Below, in pieces: positions 10,384 to 18,985 of a stretch of 64,000 bases of DNA. Within the stretch, counting starts at the first letter, position 1; each line of letters starts with the position of its first letter. The notes beneath the pieces were generated by a model. That model saw only the letters and a list, made by a program, of their open reading frames with translations. It ran no database searches and had not been told where the DNA came from. Made by a program: the position numbers and the translations under genes. The DNA lies in NCBI RefSeq assembly GCF_021246445.1, contig NZ_JAJQXW010000002.1, positions 310,001 through 374,000 on the forward strand, read 5' to 3'. Source of the DNA: Rhabdothermincola salaria (lineage in GTDB: Bacteria; Actinomycetota; Acidimicrobiia; Acidimicrobiales; Acidimicrobilacustridaceae).

Positions 10384-10447
10384 GGTCGGGATGAGCAGGG
10401 GTCGGGATGAGCAGGGGTCGTGGTGAGCAGGGGCCGCGGTGAGCGGA
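10384..10447. repeat. Four degenerate tandem 16-bp repeats (GGTCGGGATGAGCAGG)
   Basis: Units start at 10384, 10400 (identical to the first), 10416 and 10432, between convergent genes. Confidence 0.85.
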
Positions 10448-10521
10448 TCGCTCTCGGACGCGGCGACGGCCTCCCGGAGGAGGCCGTCGGTCGCGTCACC
10501 CGCAGTGGGGTGCTGATCGGC

Positions 10522-11439
10522 TCAGCCGGTGAGGCGGGGCGGGGACGCCACCGGAGGAGCGACCGGCGGCACTGGTCCCCCGGGCGTACCCGGAGCTCCC
10601 GGCGAACCGGGGCCGCCGGGGCCGCCGGGACCCGAACCGGTCGGTGATCCCGTCACCCCTGATCCATCAGGGGCCGTGGTGGCCGTGGTGGGGGTGGTGT
10701 CGGCCGTGGTGGGGGTGGTGGAGGCGGACGAGGTGGTCGTGGCACTGGTGTCGACCAGGTTCGTCGTCATCGACGTCGTGCAGGTGACGGTGCTGCCGCC
10801 GCCGTTCTCCGAGCCGTTGCACTGGTTCACCGTCACCGGGAGAACCGAGCTCACCGTGCCCGAGGCGGTGCAGACCATGAACCCACCGCCACCGGTGCCG
10901 GACCCGTTGCACTGGGTCACGGCAGGTGAGGCGTCGGAGCTGGGGATGCACGCCGTCATGTCGGTGCCGCCCCCGCCGCCGGAGCCGATGCACTGCTCGA
11001 GGGTCAGCGGGGTCGCCACCCCCGGTGCATCCAGGCTGATGTTGTTGACGATGTCGACCGAGCAGACGGTCACGCTGCCGCCGACGTTGTTGGATCCGTT
11101 GCACTGGTTCACCGCAGTGACGACGTCACTGGGGCTGACGATGTCGCCGGTGCACTCGTTGAGGGTGCAGATTCGCTCGTACACCACAGTGGAGGTCGCC
11201 CCGGTGGCGTCGACGGTGTTCACGATCGAGACAGAGCAGGTGACGGTCAGCGGTGCTCCGTCGGGTCCGGCACCGCGGTCGTTGCACTGCGAGAACGACA
11301 CCTCGGCGGCCTCGACCGGACCGGGATCGGCGGCGAGCATGACACCGCTCACTCCCGCCAGCAGCGCCATCGCCGCGGCCAGGGCGGCAAACCGGGATCG
11401 CCGGCGCGGTGCGGCACGGGTGGGATCGGGACTGTTCAT
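10522..11439 (-). CDS. Secreted Cys-rich QCNGS-repeat protein with Thr/Pro/Gly stalk
   Basis: AGGAG SD 7 nt before ATG; basic plus hydrophobic signal peptide ending near VEA-A; five QC(N/I)-x10-14-C repeats; 12 Cys. Confidence 0.8.
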   Translation of the reverse strand: MNSPDPTRAAPRRRSRFAALAAAMALLAGVSGVMLAADPGPVEAAEVSFSQCNDRGAGPDGAPLTVTCSVSIVNTVDATGATSTVVYERICTLNECTGDIVSPSDVVTAVNQCNGSNNVGGSVTVCSVDIVNNISLDAPGVATPLTLEQCIGSGGGGGTDMTACIPSSDASPAVTQCNGSGTGGGGFMVCTASGTVSSVLPVTVNQCNGSENGGGSTVTCTTSMTTNLVDTSATTTSSASTTPTTADTTPTTATTAPDGSGVTGSPTGSGPGGPGGPGSPGAPGTPGGPVPPVAPPVASPPRLTG

Positions 11440-11556
11440 GGTTGCGCTCCTCGCATCCAGGAGCGTTGGGGCAAGCGCCCCGAGACACCACCGAGTCGGT
11501 GAGATGGCCTCCAGAGTCCGGAGATCAACCGGACAGAAGAGCGCTCTTTGGGTTCC

Positions 11557-11583
11557 ATCGGCGTGATCTACCCCGACCTTGAG
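11557..11583 (-). promoter_or_regulatory. Candidate sigma28 (FliA/WhiG-type) promoter
   Basis: Minus strand reads CTCA-N17-GCCGAT (equivalently TCAAG-N15-GCCGATGG), about 118 nt upstream of ATG 11439. Confidence 0.55.
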
Positions 11584-11694
11584 GCATCGGTCACAGTCGC
11601 GCCTCATTTTGTGACGACGCGCGCCGCCGTCCCTCCGTGCTCCTGGCCGCGAGAGCCCACCGATCCGCCCCTCCGGCGAATCACTAGGGTGCGG

Positions 11695-11710
11695 ACAGAG
11701 AGATCTCTGT
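11695..11710. promoter_or_regulatory. Palindromic operator candidate for the ABC exporter operon
   Basis: ACAGAGA-GA-TCTCTGT, a perfect 7-2-7 palindrome 4 nt downstream of -10-like TAGGGT (11685-11690) and directly before the GGAGGA SD. Confidence 0.5.
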
Positions 11711-11725
11711 GGAGGAGTGCCGCCC

Positions 11726-12685
11726 ATGGCCGTCGCCATCGAGGCCCGACAGCTGCACAAGTCGTTCGGCCCCACCCACGCCCTCGACGGCCTCGACCTC
11801 GAGGTGCGCACCGGCGAGGTGCACGGGTTCCTGGGCCCCAACGGCGCAGGCAAGTCCGTCACCATCCGGGTCCTCCTCGGACTGTTGCGCCACGACGACG
11901 GCGAGGTCCGGCTGCTCGGTGGCGACCCCTGGCACGACGCGGTGGAGCTGCACCGCCGTCTCGCCTACGTGCCCGGGGACGTCAGCCTCTGGCCCAACCT
12001 CTCCGGCGGTGAGGCCATCGACCTCCTCGGACGCCTCCGCGGCGGCCTCGACCCCCGCAAGCGGGCCGAGCTCGTCGAGCGCCTCGACCTCGATCCCCGC
12101 AAGAAGGCCCGCACCTACTCCAAGGGCAACCGGCAGAAGGTGGCGCTGGTCGGCGCCCTGGCCTCCGATGCCGAGCTGCTCCTGCTCGACGAGCCCACCG
12201 CCGGGCTCGACCCGCTGATGGAGGCCGTGTTCCAGGACTGCATCCTCGAAGCCAAGGCCGAAGGTCGCACCGTGCTGCTGTCGAGCCACATCCTGGCCGA
12301 GGTGGAGAAGCTCTGCGACCGGGTCACCATCATCCGCAAGGGCCGCACCGTGCAGCAGGGCACCCTCGCCGAGCTGCGCCACATGACCCGTACCGCCATC
12401 GAGGTGACCACCCAACGACCGGTCGACGGCCTGGCCGACCTGGCCGGCATCCACGGCCCCAAGGTCGAGGACTGCCACGCCGCCTTCGAGGTCGACAGCG
12501 TCGAGCTCGACACGGTCCTTCGCCACCTCACCACGTTCGGGGTGCGCACGCTCGTCAGCCAGCCGCCCACGCTCGAAGAGCTCTTCCTGCGCCACTACGG
12601 CGACGACCTGGCCGGGGTCGACCGCGACGAGGCCCTCGGCCACGATGACGCCGCGCCCGTCCCCGGCGACGCCGACCCGCCCTGA
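11726..12685 (+). CDS. ABC transporter ATP-binding protein (TnrB2/NarA-like drug exporter)
   Basis: [22 protein letters not shown] and SSH motifs. Alternative GTG start at 11717. Confidence 0.92.
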   Translation: MAVAIEARQLHKSFGPTHALDGLDLEVRTGEVHGFLGPNGAGKSVTIRVLLGLLRHDDGEVRLLGGDPWHDAVELHRRLAYVPGDVSLWPNLSGGEAIDLLGRLRGGLDPRKRAELVERLDLDPRKKARTYSKGNRQKVALVGALASDAELLLLDEPTAGLDPLMEAVFQDCILEAKAEGRTVLLSSHILAEVEKLCDRVTIIRKGRTVQQGTLAELRHMTRTAIEVTTQRPVDGLADLAGIHGPKVEDCHAAFEVDSVELDTVLRHLTTFGVRTLVSQPPTLEELFLRHYGDDLAGVDRDEALGHDDAAPVPGDADPP

Positions 12686-14340
12686 TGAGCACCCTGGCGG
12701 CCACCACGTCGGGAACTGCCGTGGCCGGCGCGAAGCCCGGCCGGGCCCACGGGTTCGCCGGCACCGGCGAGCTCCTGCGCCTCATCGCCCGGCGGGACCG
12801 GGTACGCGTCCTGGTGTGGGTGGTCGCCATCACGGGGCTGGTCCTCACCTCGGCGGCCAGCATCATCGGGCTCTACGACACCCCGCAGTCCTTGGCCGGC
12901 TATGCGGCCATCGCCGAGGACAACGCCACCATCATCATCCAGGCCGGTCCCGGGTACGGCCTCGACGACCCCACCACTGGCTCGGTGCTCATGAACGAGG
13001 TGGGCATCTGGACGATCATCGCCGTCGCCATCATGAGTGCCTTCATGGTGTCCCGGCACACCCGGGCCGAGGAGGAATCGGACCGGGCCGAGCTCCTGCG
13101 TTCGCTCCCCACCGGTCGCCACGCCGCCAGTGCCGCCACCATGGTGGCGGCACTGGTGACCAACGCGGTGGTGGGCGCGGTCGTGGCGGTCGGGCTCATC
13201 GCCAGCGGCCTCGATGCCACCGGCTCGGTCGCGTTCGGGGCCACGCTCGTCGGAGCCGGCACCGTGTTCGCCGCCGTCACCCTCGTCACCGCCCAGGTGG
13301 CCTCGACCTCGAGGGCGTCCACCGGCCTGGCCATGGTCGTCCTCGGTCTGGCGTTCATCATCAGGGCTGTCGGCGACGTCTCCGGCGGCGCCCTCAGCTG
13401 GCTGTCCCCGATCGGCTGGGCCCAGGCCATACGGGCCTTCGCCGGCGAACGGTGGTGGGTGCTGCTCCTGCCCCTGGTGGCGTCGGCGGGGTTGCTCGCC
13501 GTGGCCGTCGCCCTGGCCGGCCGGCGCGACTTCGGCTCGGGCCTGCTGCCCCAGCGGGTCGGCCGGGCCGAGGCCCGATCGTCGCTGTCGAGCACCTTCG
13601 CGTTGTCGGTCCGGGTGCTCCGCGGGGTGGTGGTGGGGTGGGCGGCCGGGGTCGTCGTGCTCGGCGTCTTCTACGGGATCGTCGCCGACCAGGCCGAGCA
13701 GATGCTCGAGGACAGCCCGGAGATGGAGGACTTCTTCGCCCAGCTCGGGCAGGGCTCGATCGTCGACGCCTTCCTCAGCGTCTCCGTGCTGATCATGGGG
13801 CTGCTGGCCGGCGGCTTCGTCGTCGCGGCCGTGTTGCGGCTGCACACCGAGGAGAGCGCCGGACGCGCCGATCCGCTGCTGGCCACCCCCACACCCCGCC
13901 GCACGTGGGCCGCCAGCCATCTGGCCGCCTCGGGCCTGGGCATGCTCGTCGTGCTCCTGGCCGGGGGCCTGGCCACGGGCATCGGGGCGGCCATCAGCCT
14001 GGGCGAACCCTCTCGTGTGCTCCAGCTGCTCGGGGCAACCCTCACCATGGCCACGGGGGCCGCCGTGATGGCCGGGATCGCCTTCCTGTTGTGGAGCGTG
14101 GCGCCGCGCTGGTCGCTGCTGGCCTGGGCGCTCTTCGCCGTACCCGTCGTGATCGGGCTGTTGGGCGAGGCGCTCGGCCTGCCCGACTGGGCGTTGAACA
14201 TCTCGCCCTTCCAGCACGTGCCGGCGATGCCGGCGGCGTCGTTCGCCCTCCTCCCGGTGGCCGTGCTCGTCGTCGTCAGCGCCGCCCTCGTGGCCACTGG
14301 CCTGTTCGCCCTCCACCGCCGCGACATGGGACGGGGCTGA
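12685..14340 (+). CDS. ABC-2 type permease (TnrB3/NarB-like)
   Basis: About 12 TM segments; duplicated RHTRAEEESDRAELL and RLHTEESAGRADPLL motifs; C-terminal RRD. Confidence 0.85.
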   Translation: MSTLAATTSGTAVAGAKPGRAHGFAGTGELLRLIARRDRVRVLVWVVAITGLVLTSAASIIGLYDTPQSLAGYAAIAEDNATIIIQAGPGYGLDDPTTGSVLMNEVGIWTIIAVAIMSAFMVSRHTRAEEESDRAELLRSLPTGRHAASAATMVAALVTNAVVGAVVAVGLIASGLDATGSVAFGATLVGAGTVFAAVTLVTAQVASTSRASTGLAMVVLGLAFIIRAVGDVSGGALSWLSPIGWAQAIRAFAGERWWVLLLPLVASAGLLAVAVALAGRRDFGSGLLPQRVGRAEARSSLSSTFALSVRVLRGVVVGWAAGVVVLGVFYGIVADQAEQMLEDSPEMEDFFAQLGQGSIVDAFLSVSVLIMGLLAGGFVVAAVLRLHTEESAGRADPLLATPTPRRTWAASHLAASGLGMLVVLLAGGLATGIGAAISLGEPSRVLQLLGATLTMATGAAVMAGIAFLLWSVAPRWSLLAWALFAVPVVIGLLGEALGLPDWALNISPFQHVPAMPAASFALLPVAVLVVVSAALVATGLFALHRRDMGRG

Positions 14341-14377
14341 CCGCCCACAGCTAGCGCCCGAACACCACGACGACGCA

Positions 14378-14423
14378 GGGGTCTGGGGTGACGGGCGAGG
14401 GGGTGAGGGGGTGAGGGGTGAGG
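14378..14423 (+). repeat. G-tract array (GGGG(G)TGA repeats), potential G-quadruplex
   Basis: Six runs of 3 or more G within 46 nt, between convergent genes. Confidence 0.6.
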
Positions 14424-14750
14424 TCAGCGGAAGTGGTCGGGGCGGCTCACGTAGACGTCGGACACGAACATGACCCCCGGGCGTTCGCGCAGCAGCTCGC
14501 GGACACCGACGACCAGCGTCTCGATGCGCTCCTCGGGAGCGACGGCGAGGACGAGCGACTGCGAGTCCTGCTCGTTGAACAGCAGCGAGCCGCTGCGGAA
14601 GCCACCATGGCCGAGGCCCGACACCCCGGAGACCATGGTGAAGCCCACCACGCCGGCGGACGCCATCAGGTCGCGCAGGGCGGGCACGTCGTCGGCCTCG
14701 ACCACCACCTCGAGTCGGGCCATGCGGGTCAGATCGTCTCGATAGCTCAC
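14424..14750 (-). CDS. PII-superfamily protein (SbtB-like) associated with DAB
   Basis: 108 aa; RLEVVV, GVVGFT...VSGLGHGG and PGVMFVSDVYV fit the PII fold; GTG overlaps the dabA stop. Confidence 0.78.
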   Translation of the reverse strand: MSYRDDLTRMARLEVVVEADDVPALRDLMASAGVVGFTMVSGVSGLGHGGFRSGSLLFNEQDSQSLVLAVAPEERIETLVVGVRELLRERPGVMFVSDVYVSRPDHFR

Positions 14751-17386
14751 GGCTCCCCCACCATGGTCGGCGCCACCCAGTCGCGCCAGCCCGCTGGGGT
14801 CCACTCGTGCCAGGGGTCGCCCGGACCTCCCCGCCCGACCAGGGTCACCCAGCCGCCTCCGAGGAGGTCGCGCAGCCCCGGATGGCGGTCCACGATCCCT
14901 GCGATCCTCTCCAACGGGGCCTCGACCACGGCCATCAGCCGGAGCGGTTCGTGCACCAGTCTCGACCCTGCGGCCACCGACTGGAGGGGAAGCCCGAGGC
15001 GCAGGTCACCGCTCCGGCCCGACAGCACGCCCACGTCGCCGACCGGGTTGTGCACCGTCTTGGTGCCGGCGCCGAAGACCTCGGGGTCGGTCGACGAGAG
15101 CCAGTACTGGCAGTTGATCCACTGGGCCACCACCAAGGGGGCGGTGAGGATCGTCTCGAGGGCGGTGCCGTCGGTGTCGACCCTCGAGTCGTAGGAGTGG
15201 AGGAACACCCGCCGCTGCAGGTCGAGGCCCCGGGTGAGCGACCGGGGCCCGATCACGAACGCGGCGTTGCCGGCGAGCCCCCACTCGGGGAAGGTCTCGC
15301 TCCAGTCCGCTCCGCGACGGGCCACGTGGCGGGCCGCCACCGAGCGCGACGCCTCGGTGGTCGTGCCGTCGCCCGCGTCGGGGGCCCCCGGCAGCTGGGA
15401 GCAGCGCTCGGCCGCCAGCGCGGCGCCGGCCCGCACGAGGTCGCGCCGCACCCGTTCGACATCGTCGTGGTGGGTGGACGGGACGAGGTGGGGATCGAGC
15501 ACGGTGACCACGTCGGAGGTGGTGTCGTGCTCGGCGGCGATCACCACCGTGTCGTCGGGCAGGTCGATGCCGTGGAGGCGCAACGCCTGGCGGGTGTCGG
15601 CGTCGTTCAACACCGCGGCCAGGACCCGGGCGTTGGGTCCACCGCCATGGCCGCCGCAGGCCCCGCAGCGCAAGGATGCCTCGTAGGGGTTGGCGGCGGT
15701 GTCGCTGCTGTGTCCGCAGAGCACGACGAGGCGGGCGAAGCCCGAGGTCAGCCCCATCATGGTGAGCGCGGCGCGGGCGGTGAGCACCCGATCGGCCGGG
15801 GGGATCCCCCCGACGAGGTCGACGGCGGTGGGAGGGGTCGGGGCGAGAGAACGGCGGGTGCCCCGCCGCAGGGCCTCCCAGCCCGTCGGCGACGCGGTCC
15901 GCAGACCGGCGATCGGTCCGGTGATCCAGCCGGCCGCCTCGGCGAGCGCGAACGCGGACCCGGGTGTGGTCGCGGCCTCGTGGACGCCGTCGGCGGCGCC
16001 GGCCCACGCCGCGGTGCGGCGGCGGTTGGCCTCGGCCACCCGATGCGAGCCCACGACCACCTCGGACACCTCGTGACGCGGGTCGATGAGCGCCGGGCAG
16101 TTGGCCAGGGGCTGGCCGCCCGACACCGCCCGCCAACCGATGGCCACGGCGAAGAAGCCGGCGAAGCCGAGGGTGTCGATCTGCGGATCGTCCTCGAGGT
16201 GGCGACGCAGGCCCTCGGAGCGCACGTCGATGCAGCACACCACCTGGGCGCGCGGCCGCACGTCGACGGCGGGCGGCGCGACGTTCGCGAGGGTGAGGGA
16301 CCGGAGCAGCTCGTCGCGGTAGTGGGCCTCGTAGGCGGTCTGCCACACCCACGGACGACGGGGGGCGGACAGGTGGGTCAGCGCCCCCACCAGCAGCTCC
16401 CACCCGTCCGGGTCGAGCGCACCGGGGTCGACCCCGAGGCGGTGCAGGGCGTGGCGCGCCCTCGTCACCGGGTCCTGAGGCGTGCGCTCGAGCCGAGCCG
16501 CCTCCGCGACGGCGGTCATCGGGGTGGGCGGCCCCGCGTCGCCGACGAGGGCGGCGGTCAGCGACAGCCGCAGGGCCAGGTAGTCCACCAGGGCGGCATC
16601 CCCGGCGGCCTCGGACCGCCAGCGCAGGTGGGCGGCCCAGCCCGGGAGGGCGGTGAGCTCGGCGCGCAGGACCGAGAGCTGGTCGCTCGGCGCGACGTCG
16701 AGCGCCTCGAACGCGGCGAGCACCGCGTCCTCCGCCCGAGACGGGCCTGCGGCCAACCGACGGCGGACGGGCCGCGGCAGCGTCCGGTCGTGGCGCACGA
16801 GCTGCTGCCAGGCGCGGTAGAGGCCGGGCTCGCCGCGGATGGGCGACCAAGCCGCCTGCCCCCGGTCGAGGTGGGCGGCACACCACCGCACCACGTGGGC
16901 GTCGACGGTGGCCGCCACCTCCGATCCCCCACGGAGGTCGTGGGCCTCGGCCAGGCTGGCCTCGGTGCGACCGCCCACCTCGACCACCTCGCCGTGGTGG
17001 AGGTCGGCGAGGACCACGGTCTCGAGGGTCGAACCGTGGCCGGGTCCGGTCTCGGGGGGTACCAGCCAGGTCCCCCAGGGGATCTCGGGGGCCCACCGCC
17101 GCAGGGCCACGGCCAGGTCCGTGTCGTCGATGCGACCGGCGGCGTAGGCCGCGCGGTAGGCCGGTTCTCCGAGGTGGCCGACGATGCCGTACCAGGCCCG
17201 GGCCGCCTCGATGGCGGTGGGCACGTCGCGGTCCTCGAAGCCCCCGAGGGGGTTCACCGCCACCAGGTCGGCGAGGGGGCGCGACACGGGCAGCACCCGG
17301 GCGGCGAGGGAGATGTCGGCCCGCAGGCGGGCACGGACGGCGTCGGAGACGGGCGGTGCAGGCGGGGCCAGGGCGGCGGGGCTCAT
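14747..17386 (-). CDS. dabA: DabA/MpsB (DUF2309) beta-carbonic-anhydrase-like subunit of an inorganic carbon pump
   Basis: AVNPLGGFE, CIDVRSE, GFAGFF, GH...NPY...CGACGG, HDTTSD, PEWGLAGNAAF, FLHSYD, KTVHN and HEPLRL motifs. Confidence 0.93.
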   Translation of the reverse strand: MSPAALAPPAPPVSDAVRARLRADISLAARVLPVSRPLADLVAVNPLGGFEDRDVPTAIEAARAWYGIVGHLGEPAYRAAYAAGRIDDTDLAVALRRWAPEIPWGTWLVPPETGPGHGSTLETVVLADLHHGEVVEVGGRTEASLAEAHDLRGGSEVAATVDAHVVRWCAAHLDRGQAAWSPIRGEPGLYRAWQQLVRHDRTLPRPVRRRLAAGPSRAEDAVLAAFEALDVAPSDQLSVLRAELTALPGWAAHLRWRSEAAGDAALVDYLALRLSLTAALVGDAGPPTPMTAVAEAARLERTPQDPVTRARHALHRLGVDPGALDPDGWELLVGALTHLSAPRRPWVWQTAYEAHYRDELLRSLTLANVAPPAVDVRPRAQVVCCIDVRSEGLRRHLEDDPQIDTLGFAGFFAVAIGWRAVSGGQPLANCPALIDPRHEVSEVVVGSHRVAEANRRRTAAWAGAADGVHEAATTPGSAFALAEAAGWITGPIAGLRTASPTGWEALRRGTRRSLAPTPPTAVDLVGGIPPADRVLTARAALTMMGLTSGFARLVVLCGHSSDTAANPYEASLRCGACGGHGGGPNARVLAAVLNDADTRQALRLHGIDLPDDTVVIAAEHDTTSDVVTVLDPHLVPSTHHDDVERVRRDLVRAGAALAAERCSQLPGAPDAGDGTTTEASRSVAARHVARRGADWSETFPEWGLAGNAAFVIGPRSLTRGLDLQRRVFLHSYDSRVDTDGTALETILTAPLVVAQWINCQYWLSSTDPEVFGAGTKTVHNPVGDVGVLSGRSGDLRLGLPLQSVAAGSRLVHEPLRLMAVVEAPLERIAGIVDRHPGLRDLLGGGWVTLVGRGGPGDPWHEWTPAGWRDWVAPTMVGEP

Positions 17387-18978
17387 CGTGTGACCTCGAG
17401 GGGAGCGGGGGTGGGACCGGAGGCAGGGGCGGTGGCGCTCGGCGAGCCGATGCGGAGCAGCTCTGTGTTGGCGCGCGAGCGGGTCGGTCGGGAGGGGGCC
17501 GGCCGGTGGGTGGACCCGAGGGCCCACACGTAGAGGCGGTCGGCCAGCCCGGCCGTGCCCGGGAGCCCGGCGCGGATGCCCACGACGGCGAGCAGCGCCA
17601 CGGCCAGGCCCACGAGAGCCCAGGCTCCCGGTCCCGCGGGCGTCGTGGCGCCGATCGGTCCGAGGAAGGTCTTCACCGTGTGCACCAGGCCGACGTAGGC
17701 GAGCGCGGCGGCCGTGCTGCCGACGAGCGCCCAGGCCCATCCGGCGGCGTCGCCCCGGCGCCGAGCCCACCCGGCGGTGCCGGCGACGATGGCCGCCCAG
17801 GCGAACACCAACAGGGCGGCCTCGGCGGCACCCCAGCCGAGGGCGCCCACGGCGGTGGCGAGGACCAGCCCCGGCGCCAGCGCCAGGAGGGCGAGCACCG
17901 CGACGGTCGGTGCCCGCAGGGTGGTGGGCGGGGGCAGCGTCCGCTGGTGGGTGGCCTCGTGCACCACAGCACCCGAGCCCAGGAAGCGGGCGGACTTGTA
18001 CAGGCCGTGCCCGACGAGGTGGACGACCGCGGCGGCGGGGAGGCCGGCGGCCACGGTGACCAGCATGAAGCCCATCTGGGCCGAGGTGGAGCGGGCCAGC
18101 TCACCCTTCACGTCGGCGCTCACCGACATCGTGAGCACCGACCACACGGCCGTGGCCCCGGCGGCCAGGGCCACGAGCGCCCAGGCCCCGGTGGCGGCCG
18201 AGAGGAGGGGGGCGACCACGATCAACAGCAGCCCGCCACCGTTGACGACGCCGGCGTGCAACAGCGCCGAGACCGGGGTGGGTGCCCCGACGGTGAGGGG
18301 CAGCCAGCCCGGGAGCGGCATCTGGGCGCAGCGCGACAGGGCGGCGACGACCACCAAGAGGGCCACTGGCGTCGCCCACCCACCCAGTTCGGACGCCGCG
18401 GCCGCCACTGCGCCGGGGTCGCGGAGATCGAAGCTCCCGGCCACCCCCAGCACCGCCACCACGGCGACGACCAGTGACACGTCGCCGAGACCCACTCCCC
18501 AGCGCACCAGCCGGAGGTCGGCGGCCACGCTCGGGTCGTCGCGCCGGAGGCCGACGAGGCCGACCACCGCCGCTCCGGAGACCACCCAGGCCAGGGCCAG
18601 GGTGGCGGGGGTGGCGGCGGCGACGAGCACCATCGACGAGGCCGTGAGGGTGACGGTGAGGCCGACGAACCGGTCCCGCCACGGTTCGGTGCGCAGGTAG
18701 CGCAGGGCGTAGCCCTGCACCGTGGCGCTCACCCCGATGACGAGGACGAGGAGCAGCACCGCCAACCGGTCGGCAGACACCGCCAACCAGGGCGCCGCCT
18801 CGGGCCCCAGGGCCAGCGTGGGGCGGCCGCCACCCAGGCTGGCACCGACGAGAGCCAGGGCGCCGACCAGGGCACCCAACGTGGCCCGGAGGGCGAGCCG
18901 GGCGAGCCGTTCGCTCCGGTCGGGGGAGGGTCCCGACGCGGAGGCCGGGCGGGATGCAGTGGACCACGTCGACAACAT
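17383..18978 (-). CDS. dabB: DabB/MpsA NuoL/ND5-like membrane subunit
   Basis: AQMPLPGWLP..APTPVSALLHAGVVNGGG, DVKGELARSTSAQMGFM and HLVGHGLYK; stop overlaps the dabA ATG. Confidence 0.88.
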   Translation of the reverse strand: MLSTWSTASRPASASGPSPDRSERLARLALRATLGALVGALALVGASLGGGRPTLALGPEAAPWLAVSADRLAVLLLVLVIGVSATVQGYALRYLRTEPWRDRFVGLTVTLTASSMVLVAAATPATLALAWVVSGAAVVGLVGLRRDDPSVAADLRLVRWGVGLGDVSLVVAVVAVLGVAGSFDLRDPGAVAAAASELGGWATPVALLVVVAALSRCAQMPLPGWLPLTVGAPTPVSALLHAGVVNGGGLLLIVVAPLLSAATGAWALVALAAGATAVWSVLTMSVSADVKGELARSTSAQMGFMLVTVAAGLPAAAVVHLVGHGLYKSARFLGSGAVVHEATHQRTLPPPTTLRAPTVAVLALLALAPGLVLATAVGALGWGAAEAALLVFAWAAIVAGTAGWARRRGDAAGWAWALVGSTAAALAYVGLVHTVKTFLGPIGATTPAGPGAWALVGLAVALLAVVGIRAGLPGTAGLADRLYVWALGSTHRPAPSRPTRSRANTELLRIGSPSATAPASGPTPAPLEVTR

Positions 18979-18985
18979 ACGAAGC

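Noticed and set aside
10384..10447. Tandem repeats as a CRISPR array
   Set aside because: The units are contiguous 16-mers with no spacers, and no cas genes are present.
10529..11566. Collagen-like plus-strand ORF (GPPGVPGAPGEPGPPGPP)
   Set aside because: It is the antisense mirror of the PGG stalk; the minus-strand gene has the SD, signal peptide and Cys repeats.
11440..11640. Known riboswitch (c-di-AMP, c-di-GMP, SAM, TPP, cobalamin) in this leader
   Set aside because: I could not find their conserved core sequences, so it is reported only as an unassigned structured leader.
14807..17533. Very long antisense/alternate-frame ORFs (e.g. 14807-17533 +, 37306-40095 +, 34206-36686 -, 22943-25099 +, 55197-57407 +)
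   Set aside because: These are shadow ORFs expected at high GC; they have no motifs and overlap well-supported genes.
17383..18978. Respiratory complex I nuoL or Mrp antiporter subunit
   Set aside because: No other nuo or mrp genes are present; coupling to DUF2309 identifies it as DabB.
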